Below are positions 13,253-21,234 of a stretch of DNA of 32,000 nt, piece after piece. The notes beneath the pieces are model-generated. The model was not told the origin of the DNA. It worked only from the letters and a program-made list of their open reading frames with translations, and searched no databases. Origin of the DNA: Raphidiopsis brookii D9 (GTDB lineage Bacteria; Cyanobacteriota; Cyanobacteriia; Cyanobacteriales; Nostocaceae). Positions within the stretch are counted from its first letter, which is position 1; every line of letters begins with the position of its first letter. The stretch covers positions 60,001 through 92,000 of the forward strand of contig ACYB01000046.1 of NCBI GenBank assembly GCA_000175855.1. Reading direction: 5' to 3'. A program made the position numbers and the translations under genes.

Positions 13253-13999
13253 TTAGAAGCGTGGGATCAATGGCGCGTGAGACAAAGACTCTACTAAAGA
13301 GCGCACAGAAGCAATCATAGCAATTTCACTGTTAAGTTGATTAATCGCCGATCCTACGCCCACACCAGCAGCACCAGCAGCTATAGCTAGGGGTGCGGTG
13401 ACATTGGAAATACCAGAAGCGCACAAAACGGGGATAGACACAGCACGAGAAATTTCAAATGTTGCTGCTAGGGTGGGAGCAGCTTTTTCAATTAAACCCA
13501 GGGTTCCAGGATGGGTTGGTTGAATACTAGTCCCCCCTTCGGTTTGAATGATGTCAGCACCAGCTTGAACTAGGGCTTCAGCTAGTTGCACCTGTTGATC
13601 CAGGGTGAGAATATGGGGAACAGTCACAGATAGGGTTATTTCAGGCAGTAAGGCGCGAGTTTTATGAGTTAGGAATAAAACTTCATCCGCTTCAAATTTG
13701 CGACCTTGTGCGTAAAATGAGTCAAAGTTGCCAATTTCAATTAAATCGGCACCAGCACTTACAGCTAGGACAAACTGCTCTGGTTCCACAGCAGATACAC
13801 AAATTGGTAAGCTGGTCAAACCTTTGGCTAAATGGATTAATCTCTGGTCAGCAGCAATATCAACGAAGGTCGCACCGCCTAAATCTGCTGCTTTCACTGT
13901 AGCAGCTACACTTTCAGGATTGAAGTTGTTTAAACCGCTAATTACTTTTAAAACATTACGGCGAAGAAAAGCATTTTGCAGCTGGGGAAGCATGATCAT
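13253..13999 (-). CDS. ycf23: Ycf23-like DUF561 (TIM-barrel) protein
   Basis: LKVISGLNNFNPESVAATVKAADLGGATFVDIAAD ... IEIGNFDSFYAQGR is the conserved Ycf23/DUF561 N-terminal signature. The length (248 aa) is typical. Confidence 0.85.
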   Translation of the reverse strand: MIMLPQLQNAFLRRNVLKVISGLNNFNPESVAATVKAADLGGATFVDIAADQRLIHLAKGLTSLPICVSAVEPEQFVLAVSAGADLIEIGNFDSFYAQGRKFEADEVLFLTHKTRALLPEITLSVTVPHILTLDQQVQLAEALVQAGADIIQTEGGTSIQPTHPGTLGLIEKAAPTLAATFEISRAVSIPVLCASGISNVTAPLAIAAGAAGVGVGSAINQLNSEIAMIASVRSLVESLSHAPLIPRF

Positions 14000-14111
14000 A
14001 GTTTTTATTTCTGGTATTTTTGGCTGGTTTTTTTGGACTATTTCAAGGTAGAACTATTTTTACACCTTCTGGAGATATTCCACAAGAGCTAACTCTCGAG
14101 ATAGTTGCCCT

Positions 14112-14750
14112 ATGTCCGATCAAACCTGGCTGTCAAAATTAAAACAACATAAGGCGATCGCTGTTGTTCGTACCCCAAAAATGTACTGGGGTGAACAGAT
14201 GGCTATGGCCGTAGCATCCGCAGGTATGCAGCTGATAGAAATCACTTGGGATAGCGATCGCGCCCGGGATTTAATTTCTAAGTTAAGAGTTCATTTACCT
14301 CATTGTCTAATTGGAACTGGTACCCTATTTAATGTCCAACAACTACAAGAGGCGATCGCTGCTGGGGCCCAGTTTGTTTTTACTCCCCATATAGATGTAG
14401 AAATGATTAAAATGGCAGTTTTTAAAAACGTGCCCATCATTCCTGGAGCTTTAACACCCACAGAAATCATTACAGCTTGGCATCAGGGTGCAAGTAGTGT
14501 CAAGGTGTTTCCTGTGCAAGCTATGGGAGGAGTTAACTATATTAAGAGTTTACAGGGTCCTTTGGGTCATATTCCCCTGATTCCCACAGGTGGGGTCACT
14601 ATAGATAATGCCTCAGCTTTTTTGCAAGTAGGAGCTAGTGCAGTAGGTTTGAGTGGAGAATTGTTCCCTAAACAATGGGTACTAACGGAAAACTGGTCAG
14701 CTATTAGCACCCAATCTAAAGATCTCCTGGGAAGATTAAATAGCAAGTGA
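14112..14750 (+). CDS. eda: 2-dehydro-3-deoxyphosphogluconate / 4-hydroxy-2-oxoglutarate aldolase
   Basis: 212 aa with AIAVVR, IEITWDS, GTGT, PGALTPTEI and ASSVKVFP (Schiff-base lysine context). This is the KDPG aldolase family pattern. Its 3' end overlaps the convergent M20 gene by 15 nt. Confidence 0.88.
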   Translation: MSDQTWLSKLKQHKAIAVVRTPKMYWGEQMAMAVASAGMQLIEITWDSDRARDLISKLRVHLPHCLIGTGTLFNVQQLQEAIAAGAQFVFTPHIDVEMIKMAVFKNVPIIPGALTPTEIITAWHQGASSVKVFPVQAMGGVNYIKSLQGPLGHIPLIPTGGVTIDNASAFLQVGASAVGLSGELFPKQWVLTENWSAISTQSKDLLGRLNSK

Positions 14751-15929
14751 GGACTTTTGCCAGTACTTATATGCTGCATAAGCCAATGTCACAACTCCGG
14801 TAATAATTGCAGATTCATCGACCTCAAATTGGGGATGATGTAAGGGGTGATTGATAATTCGGTCTTTATAACCCACACCGAGACGAAACATGGAACCGGG
14901 AGCATAATCTAAATAAACAGAAAAATCCTCTGCACCTAAAGAAGGTTCCGGTAAAACCTGTACGTAATCGCTACCCCATGCTTCTTCTGCAGCAGACTGT
15001 AATAATTGGGTTAAATAGTAATCATTTTGGACACTGGATATACCATGACGATAATTTACTTGATATTTGGCGTTATAACAATTACAAACGTTAGCAACTA
15101 TTTTATCTATCCATACTGGCATTTGACTACGTGTTTCTGGATGAAGAGACCGCACCGTACCTAACAACTGAACTTTATCGGCAATTACATTTGGGGCTCT
15201 ACCACCACTAATTTTACCAATGCTTAATACGACAGGACGCAAGGGATTTTGAGTTCGACTAATAGCTTGCTGTAGGGCAGTAATTACTTGACATGCAATC
15301 CAAATTGCATCTACTGCTTCATGAGGACGGGCACCATGTCCAGATTCACCTAAAATAATAATTTCTAAATCGTCTGCTGCTGCGGTTAATGCACCATAAC
15401 GAATACCTACAGATCCGGCAGAAATAGACGGAAAAACATGAACTCCTAAAATGGCACAAACATCATTCATTACTCCCTCTTCTACCATCCAACCCGCACC
15501 CTGGGCAATTTCTTCTGCAGGTTGAAATAAAAACCTGATTCTCCCTTCTACGTGGTTGCCTATCTCCGATAGCACCATGGCTGTTCCTAGACCTACTGTG
15601 GTATGAACATCATGACCACAAGCGTGCATCACTCCATTCCGGGATGAACTGTGGTCTAGTCCGGTACACTCTTGTATGGGTAAGGCATCCATATCGGTAC
15701 GAATTGCCAAAATCTCCTCTCTGGGATGATTGGTGAGTAATTCCCCAACAACGCCAGTTTTACCCACTCCCTCCAAGACGTGCAACCCGCTGGAAGACAA
15801 CACACCTGCGACAAATGCTGCAGTTTGATGTTCTTGACCACTCAGTTCGGGGTGGGCGTGAAGGTGACGGTAAATTTCTCGTAAGCGAGGTGCGATATTA
15901 TTGCTTATTTCTTTAATGCGATTTAGCAT
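14736..15929 (-). CDS. M20D-family amidohydrolase (N-acyl-L-amino acid amidohydrolase / hippurate hydrolase-like)
   Basis: 397 aa with HAHPELSGQEHQT, RTDMDALP, MHACGHDVHT and FQPAEE. These are the metal-binding motifs of the M20D (ILR1/HipO/AmhX) family. Confidence 0.88.
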   Translation of the reverse strand: MLNRIKEISNNIAPRLREIYRHLHAHPELSGQEHQTAAFVAGVLSSSGLHVLEGVGKTGVVGELLTNHPREEILAIRTDMDALPIQECTGLDHSSSRNGVMHACGHDVHTTVGLGTAMVLSEIGNHVEGRIRFLFQPAEEIAQGAGWMVEEGVMNDVCAILGVHVFPSISAGSVGIRYGALTAAADDLEIIILGESGHGARPHEAVDAIWIACQVITALQQAISRTQNPLRPVVLSIGKISGGRAPNVIADKVQLLGTVRSLHPETRSQMPVWIDKIVANVCNCYNAKYQVNYRHGISSVQNDYYLTQLLQSAAEEAWGSDYVQVLPEPSLGAEDFSVYLDYAPGSMFRLGVGYKDRIINHPLHHPQFEVDESAIITGVVTLAYAAYKYWQKSSLAI

Positions 15930-16057
15930 TATTAAAATTATTTGGAATGTGGTTTACCAAGATAATTACCATAATAGTCGATTAACTTGCGAGGTTTTGG
16001 GACACAGCCATAATTATAAATTTTTTATAAATTTTTGTGAATTGAACTGTCTAGGGG

Positions 16058-16086
16058 TAGCCAAAATGGAATAGATTAGTTATATT
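16058..16086 (+). promoter_or_regulatory. weak candidate promoter for a roughly 85-nt transcript ending at the orphan terminator
   Basis: TAGCCA (16058-16063), a 17-nt spacer, then TATATT (16081-16086). The -35 match is poor, so this is speculative. Confidence 0.2.
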
Positions 16087-16132
16087 TTACTTAATTAACT
16101 ATACCGAAAGACTTATAGACTATTCAATATGT

Positions 16133-16178
16133 GATCCCCTCAGTTTGGAACTAACCTCTCTGGGGGGATCTTGTTTTT
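16133..16178 (+). terminator. orphan rho-independent terminator-like hairpin upstream of ffh
   Basis: An 11-bp stem pairs GATCCCCTCAG (16133-16143) with CTGGGGGGATC (16160-16170), including one G-U pair. The loop is 16 nt, and TTGTTTTT follows immediately (16171-16178). No plus-strand CDS lies upstream of it. Confidence 0.5.
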
Positions 16179-16259
16179 AAGGGGGCTAGGTTCTCAAATC
16201 AAGTTTGACTGTCATAAATTATATACAATGATATATAATGTAAATTCATATTTGACCAG

Positions 16260-17702
16260 ATGTTTGATGCACTATCTGACCGCTTAGAAGCTGCCTGGAA
16301 AAAACTCCGGGGACAAGACAAGATCTCCCAAACTAACATTCAAGATGCCTTGCGAGAAGTGCGTCGTGCCTTGTTAGAAGCAGATGTTAACTTACAGGTA
16401 GTCAAGGATTTTATTGTCGATGTTGAAAACAAGGCCCAGGGAGCAGAGGTAATATCTGGAGTACGACCTGACCAGCAGTTTATCAAAATTGTTTATGATG
16501 AACTAGTGCAGGTCATGGGAGAAGAAAATGTACCTCTAGCACAAGCACAAGACAAAACCACCGTTATCCTCATGGCCGGTTTACAGGGTACGGGGAAAAC
16601 TACCGCCACTGCTAAGTTAGCTCTCCATTTAAGAAAAACTAATCGCAGTTGTTTGTTGGTAGCTACGGATGTATATCGTCCCGCAGCTATTGATCAATTG
16701 GTCACACTGGGTAAGCAAGTTGACGTACCTGTTTTTGAAATGGGTAGTGATGCTGACCCAGTTGAAATAGCTCGTCAAGGAGTGGAAAGAGCCAGGAATG
16801 AAGGTATCAACACAGTAATTGTTGATACAGCTGGAAGGTTACAAATAGACCAGGACATGATGGCGGAATTATCCAGGATCAAATCAACTATTGAACCTGA
16901 TGAGACCCTATTAGTTGTGGATGCCATGACGGGACAGGAAGCAGCTAATCTAACCCGCACCTTTCATGAACAGATTGGAATTACCGGTGCTATTTTAACT
17001 AAAATGGATGGTGATAGTCGAGGTGGTGCAGCTTTATCAGTGCGGCAAATTTCCGGGGCCCCAATTAAATTTATCGGTGTGGGAGAAAAGGTTGAAGCCT
17101 TACAGCCATTTTATCCTGATCGGATGGCATCTCGCATTTTGGGCATGGGTGATGTTCTGACCTTGGTGGAAAAAGCACAGGAGGAAATTGATCTAGCTGA
17201 TGCTGAGAAAATGCAGGAGAAAATTCTCTCGGCCAAGTTTGATTTTACCGACTTCCTCAAACAGCTGCGCCTCATGAAAAATATGGGTTCCTTAGGTGGG
17301 ATGATGAAATTAATCCCGGGAATGAATAAGATTTCTGATGAGCAGTTAAAAAAAGGAGAAACCCAACTAAAACGCTGTGAGTCTATGATTAATTCTATGA
17401 CCAAGAAAGAGCGTAAAGACCCAGATTTGTTGGCCAGCTCTCCTAGTAGACGCAAGCGAATTGCTTCTGGTTCTGGTTACAAAGAATCGGATGTGAGTAA
17501 ATTAGTATCAGACTTTCAAAAGATGCGATCGCTAATGCAGCAAATGGGACAGGGTAATTTTCCGCCAGGTATGTTTGGTGGGGGTAACCCCCTAGCAGCA
17601 GGAAATGGTCCTGGTCCGGGTTGGCGGGGTTATCCTGGGGGTGCACCACCTACCACCAAGAAAAAGAAGGAAAAAAAGAAAAAAGGATTTGGTACTCTAT
17701 AG
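16260..17702 (+). CDS. ffh: signal recognition particle protein Ffh (SRP54)
   Basis: It has the N domain (MFDALSDRLEAAWKKLRG), GTPase motifs GLQGTGKTT, DTAGR and TKMDGD, a Met-rich M domain, and a Gly/Pro then Lys-rich C-terminal tail. Confidence 0.97.
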   Translation: MFDALSDRLEAAWKKLRGQDKISQTNIQDALREVRRALLEADVNLQVVKDFIVDVENKAQGAEVISGVRPDQQFIKIVYDELVQVMGEENVPLAQAQDKTTVILMAGLQGTGKTTATAKLALHLRKTNRSCLLVATDVYRPAAIDQLVTLGKQVDVPVFEMGSDADPVEIARQGVERARNEGINTVIVDTAGRLQIDQDMMAELSRIKSTIEPDETLLVVDAMTGQEAANLTRTFHEQIGITGAILTKMDGDSRGGAALSVRQISGAPIKFIGVGEKVEALQPFYPDRMASRILGMGDVLTLVEKAQEEIDLADAEKMQEKILSAKFDFTDFLKQLRLMKNMGSLGGMMKLIPGMNKISDEQLKKGETQLKRCESMINSMTKKERKDPDLLASSPSRRKRIASGSGYKESDVSKLVSDFQKMRSLMQQMGQGNFPPGMFGGGNPLAAGNGPGPGWRGYPGGAPPTTKKKKEKKKKGFGTL

Positions 17703-17805
17703 CTTTTCCTATTTTTTTCCCTATTGCTTGATGGCTATGCTATAGTTGGGGTTTAATGCCCAAAAAATGACCAATGATAAATTAACAGGAGAATAAACTC
17801 TCAAC

Positions 17806-18069
17806 ATGATCAAATTGCGCTTAAAGCGACTTGGTAAAAAGCGAGAAGCAAGCTACCGTATTATTGCCATTAACGACCTATCTCGTCGTGATGGTCGTCC
17901 TTTAGAAGAACTAGGATTTTACAACCCCAGAACTGATGAAGTGCGTCTCGATGTTCCTGGTATTGTAAGGCGTCTACAACAAGGTGCTCAGCCTACGGAC
18001 ACAGTTCGTCGCATTTTAGTAAAAGCTAATGTTTTTGAACAAGTCAGTGCCAACGCCACATCATCATAA
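17806..18069 (+). CDS. rpsP: 30S ribosomal protein S16
   Basis: [43 protein letters not shown] is canonical S16. An AGGAGA Shine-Dalgarno sequence lies about 14 nt upstream of the ATG. Confidence 0.97.
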   Translation: MIKLRLKRLGKKREASYRIIAINDLSRRDGRPLEELGFYNPRTDEVRLDVPGIVRRLQQGAQPTDTVRRILVKANVFEQVSANATSS

Positions 18070-18442
18070 GCTAGAGACAAAATTATCAACAACCAGTCCT
18101 AACTATACGGGACTGGTGAGATTTCTTGTGGAACCATTTTTGGACTCTCCAGGGTCTTTAAGAATCGACTGTGAAATGTCCAATGCCCTAAAACGGGCTT
18201 GGATTCGTATTGCTTTTGACCCCACGGACAAAGGCAAGGTTTTTGGTCGAGGAGGACGCAATATTCAGGCAATTCGGACTGTAGTTACAGCAGCAGCAGA
18301 ATTAGCGGGTCAATCGGTATATCTGGACATTTACGGCAATAATTCCCATGGTCCAGATGGAAGTGATGAGGAAGAAAAAATATTCCCACCCAAATCACGA
18401 AATACCCCCGGATCTTTTTCTAAACCCCGTTTCCGTCGTTAA
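18029..18442 (+). CDS. KH-domain RNA-binding protein (UPF0109/YlqC-like)
   Basis: [21 protein letters not shown] ... [20 protein letters not shown] carries the KH GxxG motif and occupies the conserved position after rpsP. The start is uncertain. The only upstream ATG (18029) overlaps rpsP by 41 nt out of frame, and the next in-frame canonical start is GTG at 18116. Confidence 0.8.
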   Translation: MFLNKSVPTPHHHKLETKLSTTSPNYTGLVRFLVEPFLDSPGSLRIDCEMSNALKRAWIRIAFDPTDKGKVFGRGGRNIQAIRTVVTAAAELAGQSVYLDIYGNNSHGPDGSDEEEKIFPPKSRNTPGSFSKPRFRR

Positions 18443-18519
18443 ATTATCAACAACCTCATACTGGGATCCTTAACTTCTTTAATGAGGTTAAGGATGTATG
18501 TTCCACGAATTTTACAAAT

Positions 18520-19473
18520 ATGGCAGGTACGGTTATAATTGGGTTGCCTAATATTCCCAGCGCGATCGCTCTAGCAGGATATGGGGAAGCAAATCTAAAA
18601 TTTCTGTCCCAACAAACAGGAGCTAATTTGGTTCTCAGGGGACAAGAACTTCTAGTTTCCGGTAAGGAACAACATGTGGATCTAGCAGTGAAAATAGTCC
18701 AATCCCTAGAAGATCTTTGGAGTACAGGGAATAATATTGCCAGTGCGGATATTTTGACAGCACGTCAAGCAATAGAGGGCGATCGCCAGGGGGAACTGCA
18801 GGATTTGCAACGGGATATTCTGGCTAAGAGTCGTCGCGGTCAGGAGGTTCGCGCTAAAACTTTTCGTCAACGACAATATATTGAAGCCATTCGCAAACGG
18901 GATCTAACATTTGGTGTTGGTCCTGCGGGCACGGGTAAAACCTATCTTGCTGTTGTGGTTGCTGTACAAGAACTCCTATCTAATCAGTTTGAAAGATTGA
19001 TCTTGACACGTCCTGCAGTGGAAGCTGGGGAAAGACTAGGATTTTTACCTGGGGACTTGCAGCAAAAGGTTAACCCCTACCTGCGTCCACTTTATGACGC
19101 TATTAATGAGTTTATTGACCCTGAAAAAGTACCCAACTTGATGGAACGGGGAATCATCGAGGTGGCACCTTTAGCGTATATGCGGGGACGTACTTTAAAT
19201 AATGCCTTTATCATTGTTGACGAAGCCCAAAATACTACACCTTCCCAAATGAAAATGGTGCTGACCCGCTTAGGCTTCGGTTCCCGTATGGTCATCACCG
19301 GTGATCTCACCCAAACTGATTTACCCCTCAATCAAGACTCAGGTTTGACCGTGGCCTTACAAATTTTAAAACATGTTGACGGTATTGCATTTTGTGAGTT
19401 TACCCAAAAGGATGTGGTGCGTCATCCCCTGGTGCAAAGGATAGTTTCCGCTTATGAAAAACACCAGAAGTAG
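18520..19473 (+). CDS. phoH: PhoH-family ATPase
   Basis: 317 aa with Walker A GPAGTGKTY, Walker B IIVDEAQN, and GDLTQTDLP, typical of PhoH/YbeZ. Confidence 0.93.
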   Translation: MAGTVIIGLPNIPSAIALAGYGEANLKFLSQQTGANLVLRGQELLVSGKEQHVDLAVKIVQSLEDLWSTGNNIASADILTARQAIEGDRQGELQDLQRDILAKSRRGQEVRAKTFRQRQYIEAIRKRDLTFGVGPAGTGKTYLAVVVAVQELLSNQFERLILTRPAVEAGERLGFLPGDLQQKVNPYLRPLYDAINEFIDPEKVPNLMERGIIEVAPLAYMRGRTLNNAFIIVDEAQNTTPSQMKMVLTRLGFGSRMVITGDLTQTDLPLNQDSGLTVALQILKHVDGIAFCEFTQKDVVRHPLVQRIVSAYEKHQK

Positions 19474-19474
19474 G

Positions 19475-19497
19475 AAAAACCCCCGCTATATAGCGGG
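19475..19497 (-). terminator. intrinsic terminator between the convergent phoH and DUF4912 genes (T-run on the minus strand)
   Basis: A perfect 16-nt palindrome CCCGCTATATAGCGGG lies at 19482-19497. On the minus strand the hairpin is followed by GGTTTTTC (complement of 19474-19481). On the plus strand it is preceded by GAAAAAC, so it could act bidirectionally. Confidence 0.55.
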
Positions 19498-19536
19498 AGA
19501 GAAATTGCAGTTATGACGTAATGTAAAATTCAATAC

Positions 19537-20781
19537 CTAAGAAAGCCATTCCAAAACAGCTTCTTCTTTGGTATTAGTATGGCGAGAAGGTGTTTCCCGT
19601 TCAAACTTCATGTGAATGGAGCGGGTTTGCTCACCATCAGCAGCAACAGCCAAAATTGGGTAGTCAATCAAACCATCTTGGAAGGACATCTGGAACCGGA
19701 AGGTACCATCTGGATTAAGTTTAATTGGACGACCACCAATGGTCACCGTAGCATCCGGTTCAGTCGCACCATAGACAATTAGTTCCGCATCCGCAACCAA
19801 CCAGAATTGTCGAGGACGTACAGGTATTGCGGAACCAGAGAATCCAACACCAGACATGCCAACACCGGACATATTAATGCCAGATGCAGTGGGCACCGCC
19901 CACATACCAACACCAGATGGAAAAACATAAGAACTTATAGCCTGTTCTGGGCGTACGGATCCAGGTACGTGCTGCATAGAGCCAAACAGGGAACCAGCAA
20001 CTCTTTGTGCTTCCCCTGATTCTGCTAAATCAAAGACTCCTTGGTGAATTCTATCACCAGTACCAGTAGGTTTAACCGGTGCCTTCTTAGCAGGAGGTAT
20101 TAATTCATACTTGGTCTTACCACGCAGGTCTTCCTCAAAATCCACGGTGATGAACACATCTTCAATCCAATCCGAGGGATATACAGGAGGAATATGAACC
20201 CTCGCAGAACGTGCTAGCACCAACCAGCGACCATCGGGAGTACGATAGCCAATATCTATAACGTAATCGCGATCGCTCACAGGAATAGGTAAGTACCATT
20301 CCCTAGCCAATTCGTCTGCAGGATATTCTTGAATACTATGAGGACTTTGATGATCTAAATCAACATCGGTGACATCATAAATCCGTAGAGCTAATTGTTG
20401 TCCACCTTGACGACGTAACTCTTGCTTATGCTCATTGGGTATATCCCAGTAGGTGTAAGCCCATTGTGGATCTCGGGGCAAAAGTACGATGCGACTGTCA
20501 CCATAACCACTTGGTAAATCTCCTAGTCCAGCGTCCGCGTCAGACAAAGAACCACCATTACGATCCTCTTGACCTAGTTCAAATTTTGTTGCTTCCACGT
20601 TTTCCTGCGCCTCCAGCGACCGAGATGGACTAATCGAAAATTTGCGAGTTTGCACTTCTTGAATTGATGCCAGCAGTTGAGATTTACGCATTCTGCTGTA
20701 CCGAGATACACCATACTCACTAGCAACTTTACGTAGTTGCCTGAGGGTCATCTCCTCCATAGGTGGGCGTTCTTTTGCCAT
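19537..20781 (-). CDS. Rho_N (SAP-like) domain plus DUF4912 domain protein
   Basis: The N-terminal MTLRQLRKVASEYGVSRYSRMRKSQLLASIQE is the Rho termination factor N-terminal helix-extended-helix motif. The central region (RIVLLPRDPQWAYTYWDIP ... LRIYDVT) matches my recollection of DUF4912. A GGAGG Shine-Dalgarno sequence lies upstream. Confidence 0.75.
   Translation of the reverse strand: MAKERPPMEEMTLRQLRKVASEYGVSRYSRMRKSQLLASIQEVQTRKFSISPSRSLEAQENVEATKFELGQEDRNGGSLSDADAGLGDLPSGYGDSRIVLLPRDPQWAYTYWDIPNEHKQELRRQGGQQLALRIYDVTDVDLDHQSPHSIQEYPADELAREWYLPIPVSDRDYVIDIGYRTPDGRWLVLARSARVHIPPVYPSDWIEDVFITVDFEEDLRGKTKYELIPPAKKAPVKPTGTGDRIHQGVFDLAESGEAQRVAGSLFGSMQHVPGSVRPEQAISSYVFPSGVGMWAVPTASGINMSGVGMSGVGFSGSAIPVRPRQFWLVADAELIVYGATEPDATVTIGGRPIKLNPDGTFRFQMSFQDGLIDYPILAVAADGEQTRSIHMKFERETPSRHTNTKEEAVLEWLS
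19840..19884 (-). repeat. three imperfect 15-bp tandem units inside the DUF4912 gene
   Basis: The plus-strand units are gaatccaacaccaga / catgccaacaccgga / catattaatgccaga. They encode SGINM-SGVGM-SGVGF on the minus strand. Confidence 0.8.
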
Positions 20782-20825
20782 TGGCTTTAGCCTCCAGTAG
20801 TTTGTAGGGCAAATTGCTTCCCCTG

Positions 20826-20831
20826 ATTATA
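20826..20831 (-). promoter_or_regulatory. candidate -10 box (TATAAT) for the DUF4912 gene
   Basis: The complement of attata is a perfect TATAAT about 45-50 nt upstream of the ATG at 20781. No convincing -35 element is present at 17-nt spacing. Confidence 0.25.
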
Positions 20832-21034
20832 GGAAAGTTCATAAAATGTTACCCATTCCAGATGAATTTTCATTCCTGACTTCTGGTTTTGCCCAGTGTA
20901 TAAGCGTTTTTATTGTTTTTTTAATTTTGTTTACATACCTTCCAATTTTGGGATCGGGCGGTGTGTTTTTCCTGATGAAATATTAACAGGTAATTATGCC
21001 TATTGATCAAGGGGTATGGAATGGGTTTTTACTC

Positions 21035-21056
21035 ATTTTACCTACATTTTACCTAT
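21035..21056. repeat. 2 x 11-bp tandem direct repeat (ATTTTACCTAC ATTTTACCTAT), with a third TTTTAC copy 9 nt upstream
   Basis: Read directly from the sequence. TTTTAC starts at 21027, 21036 and 21047, within a 453-bp gap that has no convincing CDS. Confidence 0.8.
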
Positions 21057-21234
21057 TTATCAGGTCTTTGGGGATCAAATGTCATCGATTTATAACATTT
21101 ACCCCCGGTTCGGGGATGATTTTACTGGGAAACGATGACATTCTACTCAACTGGAGGAAACATCTAATCAAGAGTTAATAGTTCAAAACTAGAAATAGTT
21201 ATTTAGCATTGCCTATAGATTTAAATAAATACAA

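Noticed and set aside
13708-14051. 64-aa and 107-aa plus-strand ORFs opposite ycf23
   Set aside because: They are antisense shadows of a well-supported gene and show no family resemblance.
16775-17649. Three minus-strand ORFs (61, 114 and 68 aa) inside ffh
   Set aside because: They are antisense to a canonical SRP54 gene. Their composition reflects the complement of ffh codons.
20996-21178. 60-aa plus-strand ORF in the large intergenic gap
   Set aside because: It has no Shine-Dalgarno sequence. It contains an 11-bp tandem repeat, which is not a multiple of 3, and it has no recognisable family. It runs head-on into the 3' end of the glycosyltransferase gene. I could not exclude a small membrane peptide, but support is insufficient to call a CDS.
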